DNA from: a virus
Reading direction: 5' to 3' (one strand)
Virus record (IMG/VR): IMGVR_UViG_3300048927_000157
Span: 1 to 64,000 of that record
DNA: 64,000 nt
The translations under genes and the position numbers were made by a program. The notes beneath the pieces are model-generated. The model ran no database searches and was not told where the DNA came from. It saw only the letters and a list, made by a program, of their open reading frames with translations. This document shows, one piece after another, positions 21,715 to 30,763 of the stretch (positions are counted from its first letter, which is position 1; each line of letters begins with the position of its first letter).

Positions 21715-21847
21715 AAGAAAACAGAAGAAAGGTTGTGGATGCAAACTCTGCAAACCTCATAAAGGAGTTTGGGCTCCTTTCCATAAAGAAAAATTCAGAG
21801 CCAAAATGAAGGCTCAGTTACAAGACATTACCAATCCAATCTGGTAA
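21692..21847 (+). CDS. small basic Cys-containing protein
   Basis: MGPNRHNKRKQKKGCGCKLCKPHKGVW..., 51 aa, not in the track (<60 aa). A terminator follows. Confidence 0.4.
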   Translation: MGPNRHNKRKQKKGCGCKLCKPHKGVWAPFHKEKFRAKMKAQLQDITNPIW

Positions 21848-21859
21848 TTTTCATTTTGT

Positions 21860-21889
21860 CCTATCTGCACTAACAGGTAGGATTTTTTA
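21860..21889 (+). terminator. rho-independent terminator
   Basis: CCTATCTG-CACTAA-CAGGTAGG followed by ATTTTTT. Confidence 0.7.
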
Positions 21890-21896
21890 TTAGATA

Positions 21897-21929
21897 CTTG
21901 CACATAACAAAAAAATTTCTTATCTTTGT
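21897..21929 (+). promoter_or_regulatory. phage consensus promoter
   Basis: CTTGCACATAACAAAAAAATTTCTTATCTTTGT. Confidence 0.6.
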
Positions 21930-21949
21930 GATATAAAAATCAATAATAC

Positions 21950-23869
21950 ATGGCAACATTTCAGGGACCTGGAATCAAGGTCTTAAAACAATATCAAGGG
22001 CAGGACGGTAAAACTTATGTGCAGTTAAGCACAGGAGAAACCCTGGCAACCGATTCTATGGACTACCAGGATTACTATGCAGAAGGTCTTCTTTACGGTG
22101 AAGATGAAAGAGGAAATTTCTATCCTCAGGAAGGAGCACACGATATACTGAAACAATATCAGCAGCTTACCCAACAAAACAGTTTTGAAAATTATATGAA
22201 GCCTTACTTTGAGGATGAGATGACTGGAGCAATAGCCAGAGGTCTTGGTCAAAGTATGGACAAGTTCTGGGATGTGAATCCTTCTTATAAACAAAACTAT
22301 GATAATCAGATCCAGCAGCAACTGGTAGATCAATATCTGAAAAACAATCCAAGACAGGATGATGAAGCTAGAGGAGCCTACTTCAACAGAATAAATAAAA
22401 TGCTTCCAAATGAAGTAAGAGACTTTATCATGGACTCAGGAAACCCTGGAGTAGAACCTGGATACTGGGCAGATTTCAGAAGAGGTCTTTACACGACTCT
22501 TGCAGACCAAATGGGTGGAGGAGATCAGCAGCTTATCAGAAGTATAAACCAAGATCCTAACCTAACCAATAGTGAAAGAAACAGATTAAGCTATGACATT
22601 CAAGAAGGCAGCTATGGTGGGATGAGAAAGGTAGGAGATAAGCTTGGAATACTTGCTCCCCTGGCAGTTCCAGCAAAGGTTGTGCAGTCTGCTTACATGA
22701 ATGACTATCAATTTGAGGATGCCATAGCTGGTAGAAAGAACAATGCAACTTTGGCTGAAGATATCTTAACTGACCCACTAACTTATGCAGGTCTTGGAAT
22801 AGCTGAGAATGCTGGAAAGATTTCAGGAGCAGTAGGTAGAGTTGCCAGTAAGATCCCAACTGAAGCAGAAGCAATAGCAGCCATCGACAGGTTTGGTAAT
22901 GCCAATCTTCCTAATGCTTACAAGTACAATCCATTTGCTTTCAGACCAAAATCAAATGCTTTCTACAGACAGCTTGAAGGAGATGCAGTAGGAGCCCTGG
23001 ATGAAACTATGGGACTAGTGAAAGGATCAGACTATGGTCCAGCCTCATTTACCAAAGGGTCTCTTTACACAGGAAACAATACTCCAGAGATGTTGATTGA
23101 AGCCAGAAACCAAGCAAGTAACTTTACTCCTGTCGATGATCTTATTTCTGATGCCAACAATGTTTACCTATCAAACAGAGATGTAGACATTCTAGGACCA
23201 GATGTATCCAGATACGAGAGAAACTGGCTATCAGGTTACAAAAGAATGGGACAGCCTAATGGAGTAGAAGTAGATCTAGGAGGAGGGCAAAAGATGAGAA
23301 GAATGGCTTCTAATCCAAATGATATTTCGGTCTACCAAAGAGTACCAGAGTGGGACCCGATAGACGAGATGGAATATCTAAAGGCAGAAGAGGTAAGGCT
23401 CCAAAAGTACGAACATGAAGGAGAGGATTTCTATAACTTCTATGCCAACATGCCCTCATCAAAACTTAAAGCAGGAAAGGCTTATCATGCATTAGATAAA
23501 TTCATTCCAGTAGGAGGTAAGCTAAGAGAACCAGGCTCACTAAGCTGGGACTCCTTCCAGAACATTCTAAAGAAAGCCCAGGAAGGTAAAAAGTTTGAAG
23601 CCTCTCAGGATGGGTTTATCCCAATGAATGGAATGAGCCAGAATGAGAAAAAGGCATATCCTTTCTTTGGGAGCCAGGAAAAGATGGACGAAGTTCTAGG
23701 AGAGCTTTACCCTAAACTAGATGAGTTAGGATTTGACAGACCTAGGCTGCTGGAAGACAGTAATGACAAATTCAAGTCGATTAGAAAGAGAGCCAATTTT
23801 CCAAACATTGTACTGAAGAAAAACTATGAACAGGGAGGAATGATCCTGCCTGACTGGTTGTTCGAATAA
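21950..23869 (+). CDS. large hypothetical protein (639 aa)
   Basis: Long uninterrupted ORF with its own promoter. No motif recognised. Antisense ORFs inside it are discounted. Confidence 0.75.
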   Translation: MATFQGPGIKVLKQYQGQDGKTYVQLSTGETLATDSMDYQDYYAEGLLYGEDERGNFYPQEGAHDILKQYQQLTQQNSFENYMKPYFEDEMTGAIARGLGQSMDKFWDVNPSYKQNYDNQIQQQLVDQYLKNNPRQDDEARGAYFNRINKMLPNEVRDFIMDSGNPGVEPGYWADFRRGLYTTLADQMGGGDQQLIRSINQDPNLTNSERNRLSYDIQEGSYGGMRKVGDKLGILAPLAVPAKVVQSAYMNDYQFEDAIAGRKNNATLAEDILTDPLTYAGLGIAENAGKISGAVGRVASKIPTEAEAIAAIDRFGNANLPNAYKYNPFAFRPKSNAFYRQLEGDAVGALDETMGLVKGSDYGPASFTKGSLYTGNNTPEMLIEARNQASNFTPVDDLISDANNVYLSNRDVDILGPDVSRYERNWLSGYKRMGQPNGVEVDLGGGQKMRRMASNPNDISVYQRVPEWDPIDEMEYLKAEEVRLQKYEHEGEDFYNFYANMPSSKLKAGKAYHALDKFIPVGGKLREPGSLSWDSFQNILKKAQEGKKFEASQDGFIPMNGMSQNEKKAYPFFGSQEKMDEVLGELYPKLDELGFDRPRLLEDSNDKFKSIRKRANFPNIVLKKNYEQGGMILPDWLFE

Positions 23870-24272
23870 TATTTATACTTAAGCCCTGGGGAGAGATCCC
23901 TGGGGTTTTCTATTTTATTACTGATACCCCTGTATTATTTAAGGTCGAATTTTAATGGTAAGTGATACCCTGATAGCATTTAGTGAAACCCCATTATATG
24001 TGTACTTCGAGTACCCATATAGAAAACAACCCCTCCCCCTCTTCAGACTTTTTGGCACACCCCCATGAAATGAAGTGACTTTTTGGCAGGGATTTTTATC
24101 CAGTCTAAATAAATTTAATTTTCTGAGTTTTTATTTTTTGGGTTTTCTGGTTTTATCTGTGCTCAGTGGTAGCCGTGAGAGGTGACAATGTGACAGCCTG
24201 AAAAGTCCATTTTGACATTCTGACAAAAACAAATGTGATGACTAATTTATATTTAGTCTAAATAATAATTTT

Positions 24273-24534
24273 AATTGCAAATTGATTTTAACAAATTTTA
24301 ACTAAATTGCTATTGTGTATTCCAAATTGCCTTTAAATTGCTTATCTCTTCATAGGTGGATACGTAACACATAATAATTATTTGAGGCTTTATTTGAGCT
24401 TATAAACTATGTTTTTAACACTTTAATTTGTCAGAATTGAGTGAAGCCGTTATTTAATTGCTGGATAGTATGCAATGAATAGTTAAAAAAGCAAAAGTTT
24501 AAACTAAATAGTTTGGTGATGTCATTTTAATTGC
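24273..24534 (+). repeat. six same-orientation (A/T)AATTGC repeats in an ORF-free region (iteron-like)
   Basis: AATTGC at 24273, 24305, 24325, 24336, 24456 and 24529. Confidence 0.5.
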
Positions 24535-25090
24535 TTAAAGGGATCACAAATAAAAAAATCGGGTCAATCATACTGACAAAACAAAAGAGGTACACAAATA
24601 CACATACACACTAAACACTCTCACGGGGTCGGGTCGGCACAGGCTAAAAGCCTGTTTATAGGGGTTTACACTGTGTTGGATTCGGTTTAAACATTATCAA
24701 ATCAATAATAAATCAATTGTTTTGTTAAATTATTTACATTGAAGGCTCGATTTTCCACGGGGTTAATACTTTAATGTAACAGAAATTAATTGTTTTCATT
24801 ACGAAATTCATAATTATTATTTTTAATTGGGTTTTATGTCGGTGAAAAGTGGGGTGTATCCCTTTCGAGGGGTGGGAATGTATAATTGTTTCTGAACTTT
24901 CAATAATTACTGAAACTTTGATAAATTACCCTTGTAAAGCCACACATCTAATATTTTACATATTAACACACTGATAATCAATGAGTTATTAAAAACAAAT
25001 GGCAGATTGATAAAAATATGTTCCCTTTTATGCTGGTTTACATTATCAATGCTATATCTTTGCACCACTAACAAACAAATACATATTATC

Positions 25091-25282
25091 ATGACTACAT
25101 TTAAAAGCTATTCCGATTTATTACAGGCTATTCCAGAGGCTCAGTATTGTGACATTGAATTTAACCAATTAACGGGCTTATGGGAGTACAATAAACAGGA
25201 ATCTAAAACAGAGTTGTTTTTATTGGGGCTTGCTTCCATTGTGTTAACTCTTATTAGTATTACTATTTATACACTGTGTTAA
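25091..25282 (+). CDS. small membrane protein
   Basis: MTTFKSYSDLL... with a C-terminal hydrophobic helix LFLLGLASIVLTLISITIYTL. A -7 element TATATCTTTGCA lies at 25053-25064. Confidence 0.45.
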   Translation: MTTFKSYSDLLQAIPEAQYCDIEFNQLTGLWEYNKQESKTELFLLGLASIVLTLISITIYTLC

Positions 25283-25304
25283 ACACTATCTGAAACAAAA
25301 CCTT

Positions 25305-25336
25305 TAAGGCTTGCATTAACTTGTAAGCCTTTTTTA
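25305..25336 (+). terminator. rho-independent terminator
   Basis: TAAGGCTT...AAGCCTT followed by TTTTAT. Confidence 0.6.
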
Positions 25337-25826
25337 TGTTTTAAGGGGTAAATAAGCCTGTTTAATGGCTTCAATCTATTTAGTAAGGTGTTTATACTAC
25401 TTTAAAAAGATAATTGATTTTAGAGGGGTTTATGTGTGTTTTAATGTATTCTATTGTATTGTATTATAACTACTCTTTTATTTCAGTAAGGATTTGCCCA
25501 TTTTTCAGGGTTATTTAATCACATTCAACACTCACAACATAAGAGCCAAAAAATAAATGAAATTTTTCTCACTGATTTTCAATCACTTACATAAAAAAGA
25601 TAAAATTTTTTCAAATCTATTTTTAAAAATTGAGGTCCCTATTCATGGGCTTTTCCAAAGGTTTTTCTTCTGTAACACCGATAAACAGGGCATTTGTTTG
25701 GTATTACTTAATTTCACATCTTTGCAATGTCAAAACGACAGAGCAACAGTTTTTAAACATCAAAACCACGGGAACACTGATTAATACAGGGTTTTTAAAA
25801 ATAAATGAAAATTTTTTTACATTTTA

Positions 25827-25859
25827 TTTGGTGGTTTAAAATTTAATTGTAACTTTGCA
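25827..25859 (+). promoter_or_regulatory. phage promoter variant (TTTGGTGGT type)
   Basis: TTTGGTGGTTTAAAATTTAATTGTAACTTTGCA. The same -33 variant occurs at 55988. Confidence 0.55.
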
Positions 25860-26583
25860 ACAGAAACACAGAGAGACAATAAGTAAGGCACTGACAGCCA
25901 AGTCACTATATAATAGTTATAAGCCTTATTAAAACTCTGAAACGTAGGGTAAAACCGAGAGCAGAATTCTTTGAAAATTGGGACTTTATAAAATAGATTA
26001 ACTTATCAGCCCTCACGGGTTTAATGTTTAAGTATTGGGATTAATAAAGTCGTTTTTGTTTGAAATTTCAGGTGAAGGAAATATAGCAGAAAATCTACTA
26101 TATGACAATGCAAAAGATAATGAATACCTGACAGAGTAAAGAATGAAACAAACTAATAAGTAGGAGTTTTCCCACCCTTTGGGGTCGGGGTCTTTGAATT
26201 CAACGGGATAAATAGGTGTGCAACGGGATTGCATAGGTTTTTAGTAATAGGCAAGCATATTAAAGAGGGTACGAATTATGGCAAATTCTGAGGGGCTTTA
26301 ATACATAGATTTTTGTTTGCTGAAAGGTGTAGCTCTAATAAAGGCAGTAAGAGGCACGGGACTATTAAGAAAATCTGATTTTATCAGCACGGGCATGACG
26401 TGTTTAAAGCAAACATGCAACGGGTGTACTCATAGGAGTTATTTCTCACACATGAAATTAAGTGAAGTGCCGTCCCTAATGGCAGACGGTCTTACCCAAC
26501 GAAGTACGTACAAAGTAATGATACAGAATAGGGGCATTCGGTTGCCTCACACCCACAATATTAATCAAAAAATACATACAAAA
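25860..26583 (+). ncRNA. candidate ~720-nt structured noncoding RNA or long leader
   Basis: Promoter-proximal, with no convincing ORF (the only long frame needs a TTG start at 26317). Locally higher G+C. Six CA(A)CGGG motifs and several local hairpins (CCGTC..GACGG, GCATG..CATGC, GCAA-CGGGA-TTGC). Confidence 0.3.
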
Positions 26584-27018
26584 ATGAATACAGGAGCTAT
26601 TAAAACAGGTTACGAATATGCACAACTACATGGAGGGGTGACATTCAACGGATTTGAATTAAATCCAGATTTGGGGTACATGGTATCATTCCCAGGATTA
26701 GAGCTAAAATTGAATATAAATGAGTTTAGTTTAAGAGCCCTTGAAAGGTTTGTCAGTGAGAATTTACCGATTTTAGAGAGTGTTTCAAACTCATTTGTCG
26801 GTGTGTGGCTTAATCCAGACGATAATTGCTATTATTTAGACATATCTGAGCAGTTATTTGACAAAGAACATGCTTTAAGAACTGGTATGTTAAGGGATCA
26901 ACTTGCAATTTTCGACCTGAGTGAAGGTAAAACAATCAATCTGCCTTCCAGACAGAAAACAGGCACAGAATATCAGCAAAAAACATACATTAATCAGGTA
27001 GTAAGAGGGCTTTTATAA
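26584..27018 (+). CDS. hypothetical protein
   Basis: Track ORF 26317..27018 trimmed to the first ATG (MNTGAIKTGYEY...). Confidence 0.55.
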   Translation: MNTGAIKTGYEYAQLHGGVTFNGFELNPDLGYMVSFPGLELKLNINEFSLRALERFVSENLPILESVSNSFVGVWLNPDDNCYYLDISEQLFDKEHALRTGMLRDQLAIFDLSEGKTINLPSRQKTGTEYQQKTYINQVVRGLL

Positions 27019-27045
27019 GTCCTCTTTAACCATAAATTAAACAAA

Positions 27046-27267
27046 ATGAAATTAGATCACTTTAATTTTGCAATTCGTATTATTACGTTTCATCATACCT
27101 CAGAAATAGTTATAAATCATACTGAGCCGAATGGACAGGTAAAAAACGACCCAGAAAATCCCACACTACACATAAAAAAATGCTGTCCTTCGGTGGTATC
27201 AAAACTCATTGAAAATGGCTATTCACTTGGTATGGATGGGGGATTAATGAGTGTAAATAAGTATTAA
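27046..27267 (+). CDS. hypothetical protein
   Basis: Co-directional ORF. Confidence 0.5.
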   Translation: MKLDHFNFAIRIITFHHTSEIVINHTEPNGQVKNDPENPTLHIKKCCPSVVSKLIENGYSLGMDGGLMSVNKY

Positions 27268-27338
27268 ACAACACCCGTTTGAACGTTAATAACGTGCATT
27301 ACACAGTGAGAGTGTAAACGGGTCAAAATATTAGTAAA

Positions 27339-27581
27339 ATGGATCTAGTAATACAATTTCTAAACAAGTTCGGGTTCCAATATGTACCTGAAAATGCAGA
27401 AGACGAAACAGAATATTTCACGTTTACAGATTTTCAGCATGAGTGTGAAGAGGCTTTTGCAGATAATCCAGAGTTAAGAGAGAAATTTGCAGATAGTAAT
27501 GCACTATTGTCTCACATGATAGATAATATAGAATGGGAATTCCCTTCTACCTTTATTGAAGACCAAATAAATTTCGACTAA
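27339..27581 (+). CDS. hypothetical acidic protein
   Basis: Co-directional ORF. Confidence 0.5.
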   Translation: MDLVIQFLNKFGFQYVPENAEDETEYFTFTDFQHECEEAFADNPELREKFADSNALLSHMIDNIEWEFPSTFIEDQINFD

Positions 27582-27766
27582 TGGAGGAAATTAACAAATT
27601 AAAGAAGGGTGACGTTTTTAAACGTACAGAAAAGGCAAAAGAGGTTTATGTGTATGACGGTTATAACCGTTTTACACGTAAATATTCGGCACATAAATTT
27701 GACGATATTAGTGCCTATATGGAATTTAAAAAGGGAAAACAAGTATTTATTAACTTTGAATTTTAA
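27581..27766 (+). CDS. hypothetical protein
   Basis: ATGA overlap with the previous gene. Confidence 0.5.
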   Translation: MEEINKLKKGDVFKRTEKAKEVYVYDGYNRFTRKYSAHKFDDISAYMEFKKGKQVFINFEF

Positions 27767-27769
27767 GCA

Positions 27770-28378
27770 ATGGCAGCAAAGATCACATTTAAGCATAAGG
27801 AGTATACATTGAACAAAGTAACTAAAAACATAATGAGTGTTTTCATGTTGTGTAGTGATAAGGATAAATATGACTGGTATAAAGAAGCTCACAATTTTGC
27901 TATCTATTTAAGTCAGGCATATAATGTACAATTGTTTGTTGCATGTGGTGTAATTGCTGCCCTATCACCTGTCAAAAGATGGGACGATAATAAAAGAATT
28001 GCAGAATTGTTTATTAAATCCAGAGGCAAAGAACGTTCTCATATGAGACAATTCTGTGAAAAGGCTCAAAACATTATGGATTTGGCATTAAATGAAGAGC
28101 AGGTTTATAAAATCCTTAATGGTAGAAAAATAACTGCCTTTTGTAAGAATATATTGCACCCTAACAATGGAGAAAATATCACCATTGACAGGCATGCTTT
28201 AAGCATTGCAACGGGTATTGTTTGCACTGATGACTTTTATCAGGGTATGACAAAGATACAATACGAGTTCTTTGTATCTGCTTATCAAAAGGCAGGTGAA
28301 AAACTAAATGTAAGCCCTTTAATTGTACAGTCTGCTACATGGGTTTATTTCAGAAATAATAAAACCGATTTTAAATAG
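27770..28378 (+). CDS. hypothetical protein
   Basis: 202-aa ORF with a TAG stop. Confidence 0.6.
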   Translation: MAAKITFKHKEYTLNKVTKNIMSVFMLCSDKDKYDWYKEAHNFAIYLSQAYNVQLFVACGVIAALSPVKRWDDNKRIAELFIKSRGKERSHMRQFCEKAQNIMDLALNEEQVYKILNGRKITAFCKNILHPNNGENITIDRHALSIATGIVCTDDFYQGMTKIQYEFFVSAYQKAGEKLNVSPLIVQSATWVYFRNNKTDFK

Positions 28379-28384
28379 AATATC

Positions 28385-28558
28385 ATGGTACGGGATAACT
28401 CATATAAGATCACAGAAAAACAGTACAATTATTTATTGCCTGTGTTTGGTCTATCTGCAAAAGGAGTGACTAAATTGCACACTTCTAGAGGTCAATATTA
28501 CTTTATTGGAACCTATGAAGACTACAAAGATATGTTAAACAGATGTAAATACCTTTAA
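28385..28558 (+). CDS. hypothetical small protein
   Basis: 57-aa ORF MVRDNSYKITEKQ..., in frame with and 2 codons after the TAG at 28376. Confidence 0.4.
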   Translation: MVRDNSYKITEKQYNYLLPVFGLSAKGVTKLHTSRGQYYFIGTYEDYKDMLNRCKYL

Positions 28559-28560
28559 TC

Positions 28561-28935
28561 ATGGATAATATCATTGAAAATAACTTATTAATTGCCCAAT
28601 TTATGGGTGGAAAACTCAAAGATAAAACTATCATAAGCATAGATCAGAATGAAATTTGGCTGCCTTATCATGGGGTTTGTAGGTTTGATAGATACGGCAT
28701 AGGTAGTGGAAAATCCCTCCTATATCACACATCATGGGACTGGCTTATTCCTGTAGCTATAAAGTGTAGAAACACAATGCAATTTCATGAGAAGGATCAC
28801 CCAGATGAAATAAAAAATATGGCAGGGTGGTTTGGTATATCTTTAACAACATTAGACATTGAAAGAATATACAACTCTATAATTGAGTTTATAAATTGGT
28901 TTAATACAAACATTCAAAACAATGAAACTAATTAA
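28561..28935 (+). CDS. hypothetical protein, paralog of 34886..35224
   Basis: Shares SWDW...and ...IEFI(N/K)WFN... with the ORF at 34886. Confidence 0.6.
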   Translation: MDNIIENNLLIAQFMGGKLKDKTIISIDQNEIWLPYHGVCRFDRYGIGSGKSLLYHTSWDWLIPVAIKCRNTMQFHEKDHPDEIKNMAGWFGISLTTLDIERIYNSIIEFINWFNTNIQNNETN

Positions 28936-29278
28936 AACAGAGAAGGTTAACACCTGTAACGGTTGGGGTTTTGGTGGCTGGGCTGGTAAGGCTGAGACAT
29001 ATGATAATGGAATGGTTTTTGAGAGTGGTAAACAATATTACAGGCATTCAAAACCTTCTACCTTCAAACGTTGGTTGTTTCCTTATAATGACTATCTCTG
29101 GGATCTTCGTAATGATAAGACAGCAAAGCATAAATTTGCAGTCATGTATCATTGTGTTACTCCTGAGTATACGAGTAGAAAGGCAGCACTTTTCACTGAA
29201 ACAGAAATTGAGCCTTTTACAGAAGAGTACAGAGGCATTAACCTCGAATACGAAATTGTTAAAATCATAGAGTTATGA
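28922..29278 (+). CDS. hypothetical protein
   Basis: Co-directional ORF. The alternative-frame ORF 28971..29270 is discounted. Confidence 0.55.
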   Translation: MKLIKTEKVNTCNGWGFGGWAGKAETYDNGMVFESGKQYYRHSKPSTFKRWLFPYNDYLWDLRNDKTAKHKFAVMYHCVTPEYTSRKAALFTETEIEPFTEEYRGINLEYEIVKIIEL

Positions 29279-29436
29279 CAAATTATAAAGTAACTATTGA
29301 GACTTCAATCTCACAACGTAGACATTTTATTAACCAGAAAGAAACGGCTGACTGGTTAAACATAAAGAACTCATCTAAAAAGGCAATAGAAGCCCGTGCA
29401 AAGAAATTCGGGTACACTGTAATATATAACGATTAA
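29275..29436 (+). CDS. small hypothetical protein
   Basis: 53-aa ORF MTNYKVTIETS... with ATGA overlap. Confidence 0.35.
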   Translation: MTNYKVTIETSISQRRHFINQKETADWLNIKNSSKKAIEARAKKFGYTVIYND

Positions 29437-29440
29437 AATC

Positions 29441-29746
29441 ATGGCAGAAAAAATAACTTCTGAGCAGTTCAAAGAAAACACTTTAAGGCTTAAAATTGAG
29501 AGCCGTGGGGGTGGAATAGAGATTGATCTAAAAGACTTCGGTTTTGCAGGTCGTATGACAGCACACCAACATTATTTGGGTGGTGGTATGTTGGGTAGCA
29601 TTAAGAATGATTGCACCATAAAAGACTGGAAAACTATTCCTGAATTAAATCAGATAGCCTCACAATTAGCTGAATATTATCACCAATTAAGAGAAGACGG
29701 CACAGAGTTTGAAGAGGTTCAAACATTGCCTCACAGTGCTTATTAA
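29441..29746 (+). CDS. hypothetical protein
   Basis: Co-directional ORF. Confidence 0.55.
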   Translation: MAEKITSEQFKENTLRLKIESRGGGIEIDLKDFGFAGRMTAHQHYLGGGMLGSIKNDCTIKDWKTIPELNQIASQLAEYYHQLREDGTEFEEVQTLPHSAY

Positions 29747-29772
29747 ATTGTATAATCTAAAAATTAAATATC

Positions 29773-29898
29773 ATGTCACTAGAATCATTAGAAATAGAAA
29801 AAGAAGAGTTTATCATTGCAGGTGAAATTGCATTGAGTGAAATTGAAAAAGAATATCCTGAGCCTGTAGAAGACGAAAGGGAAGCAATAATTTTTTAA
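29773..29898 (+). CDS. small acidic hypothetical protein
   Basis: 41-aa ORF MSLESLEIEKEE... Confidence 0.3.
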   Translation: MSLESLEIEKEEFIIAGEIALSEIEKEYPEPVEDEREAIIF

Positions 29899-29981
29899 CC
29901 AAAATCATTTTGACTGGTAAAAGGAGGGGATAAATTTTCCCCTCTGTATTCCAGCCTGTAAACATCAAAAAACGAAGTATC

Positions 29982-30749
29982 ATGGCAAGTAGAAAAGAAA
30001 TATTAGCACAGTACTTAAAAGTAAATAGTGATCTTATTGAATATTTAGGCAGTGGCAACTTTGCAGAGGCTTATTTATACAATAAGAGAGTATATAAAAT
30101 TACTCGTGATTTGGATGACTACCTTATGGCAACAAAGCTAGTTAAGGAGGGCAAAAGATTTGATTGTTTTGTCAAAGTATATAAGACTAGAATATTCAAC
30201 GTACTGGAAAATAACAGAACTCAGGAACTGTATCTAATTGTTTCAGAACATGTTACACCACTTGACAAGTCACCTGACAGGACAGCTAAAAGAATATGGC
30301 AGGAACTTTGTGAAACCAATGATACTAGGGATATTTTGAGTGGTGAGCAGGATGAATTGGCATTTCCTTTATTCCTTTCCAGAACTCCATTAGCAGAACA
30401 TCTTTATAATGAAATGGACAGAATATTGAAGCTTTACAAAAGATGGGGTATGAAGTGTTGGGATAATCCACCACGTAATCTTGCCTACATTGATGGTAAA
30501 ATAAAGATCTTTGACTTCGGATTCTCTGCCCTGAAAGGTAAGGGTAATTATAGATACAGTAAAAGAAAAACTGTTACCTTTAATTTTAAAAAGGAGATTC
30601 CTAAGAAAGATCCCATTCCAGAGCCTGAACTTGAAAGTACAACTTTCAGATTAATTGATCTTAAATCTTCACCATTATTCACAACAGGTAGAAGACCTTC
30701 ATTAACCTTTCCTACTTTTACAGAATTTTGTAGAATGTTACAACACTAA
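29982..30749 (+). CDS. protein kinase-like fold protein
   Basis: Gly-rich loop LGSGNFAEAY, Lys in RVYKITRD, catalytic-loop-like CWDNPPRNL, and DFG in KIFDFGFS. Confidence 0.55.
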   Translation: MASRKEILAQYLKVNSDLIEYLGSGNFAEAYLYNKRVYKITRDLDDYLMATKLVKEGKRFDCFVKVYKTRIFNVLENNRTQELYLIVSEHVTPLDKSPDRTAKRIWQELCETNDTRDILSGEQDELAFPLFLSRTPLAEHLYNEMDRILKLYKRWGMKCWDNPPRNLAYIDGKIKIFDFGFSALKGKGNYRYSKRKTVTFNFKKEIPKKDPIPEPELESTTFRLIDLKSSPLFTTGRRPSLTFPTFTEFCRMLQH

Positions 30750-30763
30750 TAAATTACATCATT

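Noticed and set aside
22025-22874. Three minus-strand ORFs inside 21950..23869.
   Set aside because: They are nested antisense within a long, uninterrupted plus-strand gene. They have no promoters and an odd composition.
24040-24100. Sigma-54 promoter(s), suggested by two TGGCA(C/G) motifs.
   Set aside because: The -12 TTGC element is missing at the required spacing. The motif is better described as a 12-bp direct repeat.
26317-26583. N-terminal 89-codon extension of the ORF 26317..27018.
   Set aside because: It needs a TTG start, lies in a motif-rich region that looks like structured RNA, and the first ATG (26584) is preceded by the A-rich context seen at other starts. It is kept as an alternative only.
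28379-28558. TAG readthrough extension of gene 27770..28378 (the downstream frame stays open for 60 codons).
   Set aside because: The downstream frame has its own ATG two codons after the TAG, as in ordinary tightly packed phage genes. No homology argument requires a fusion, unlike the PTH2-like case.
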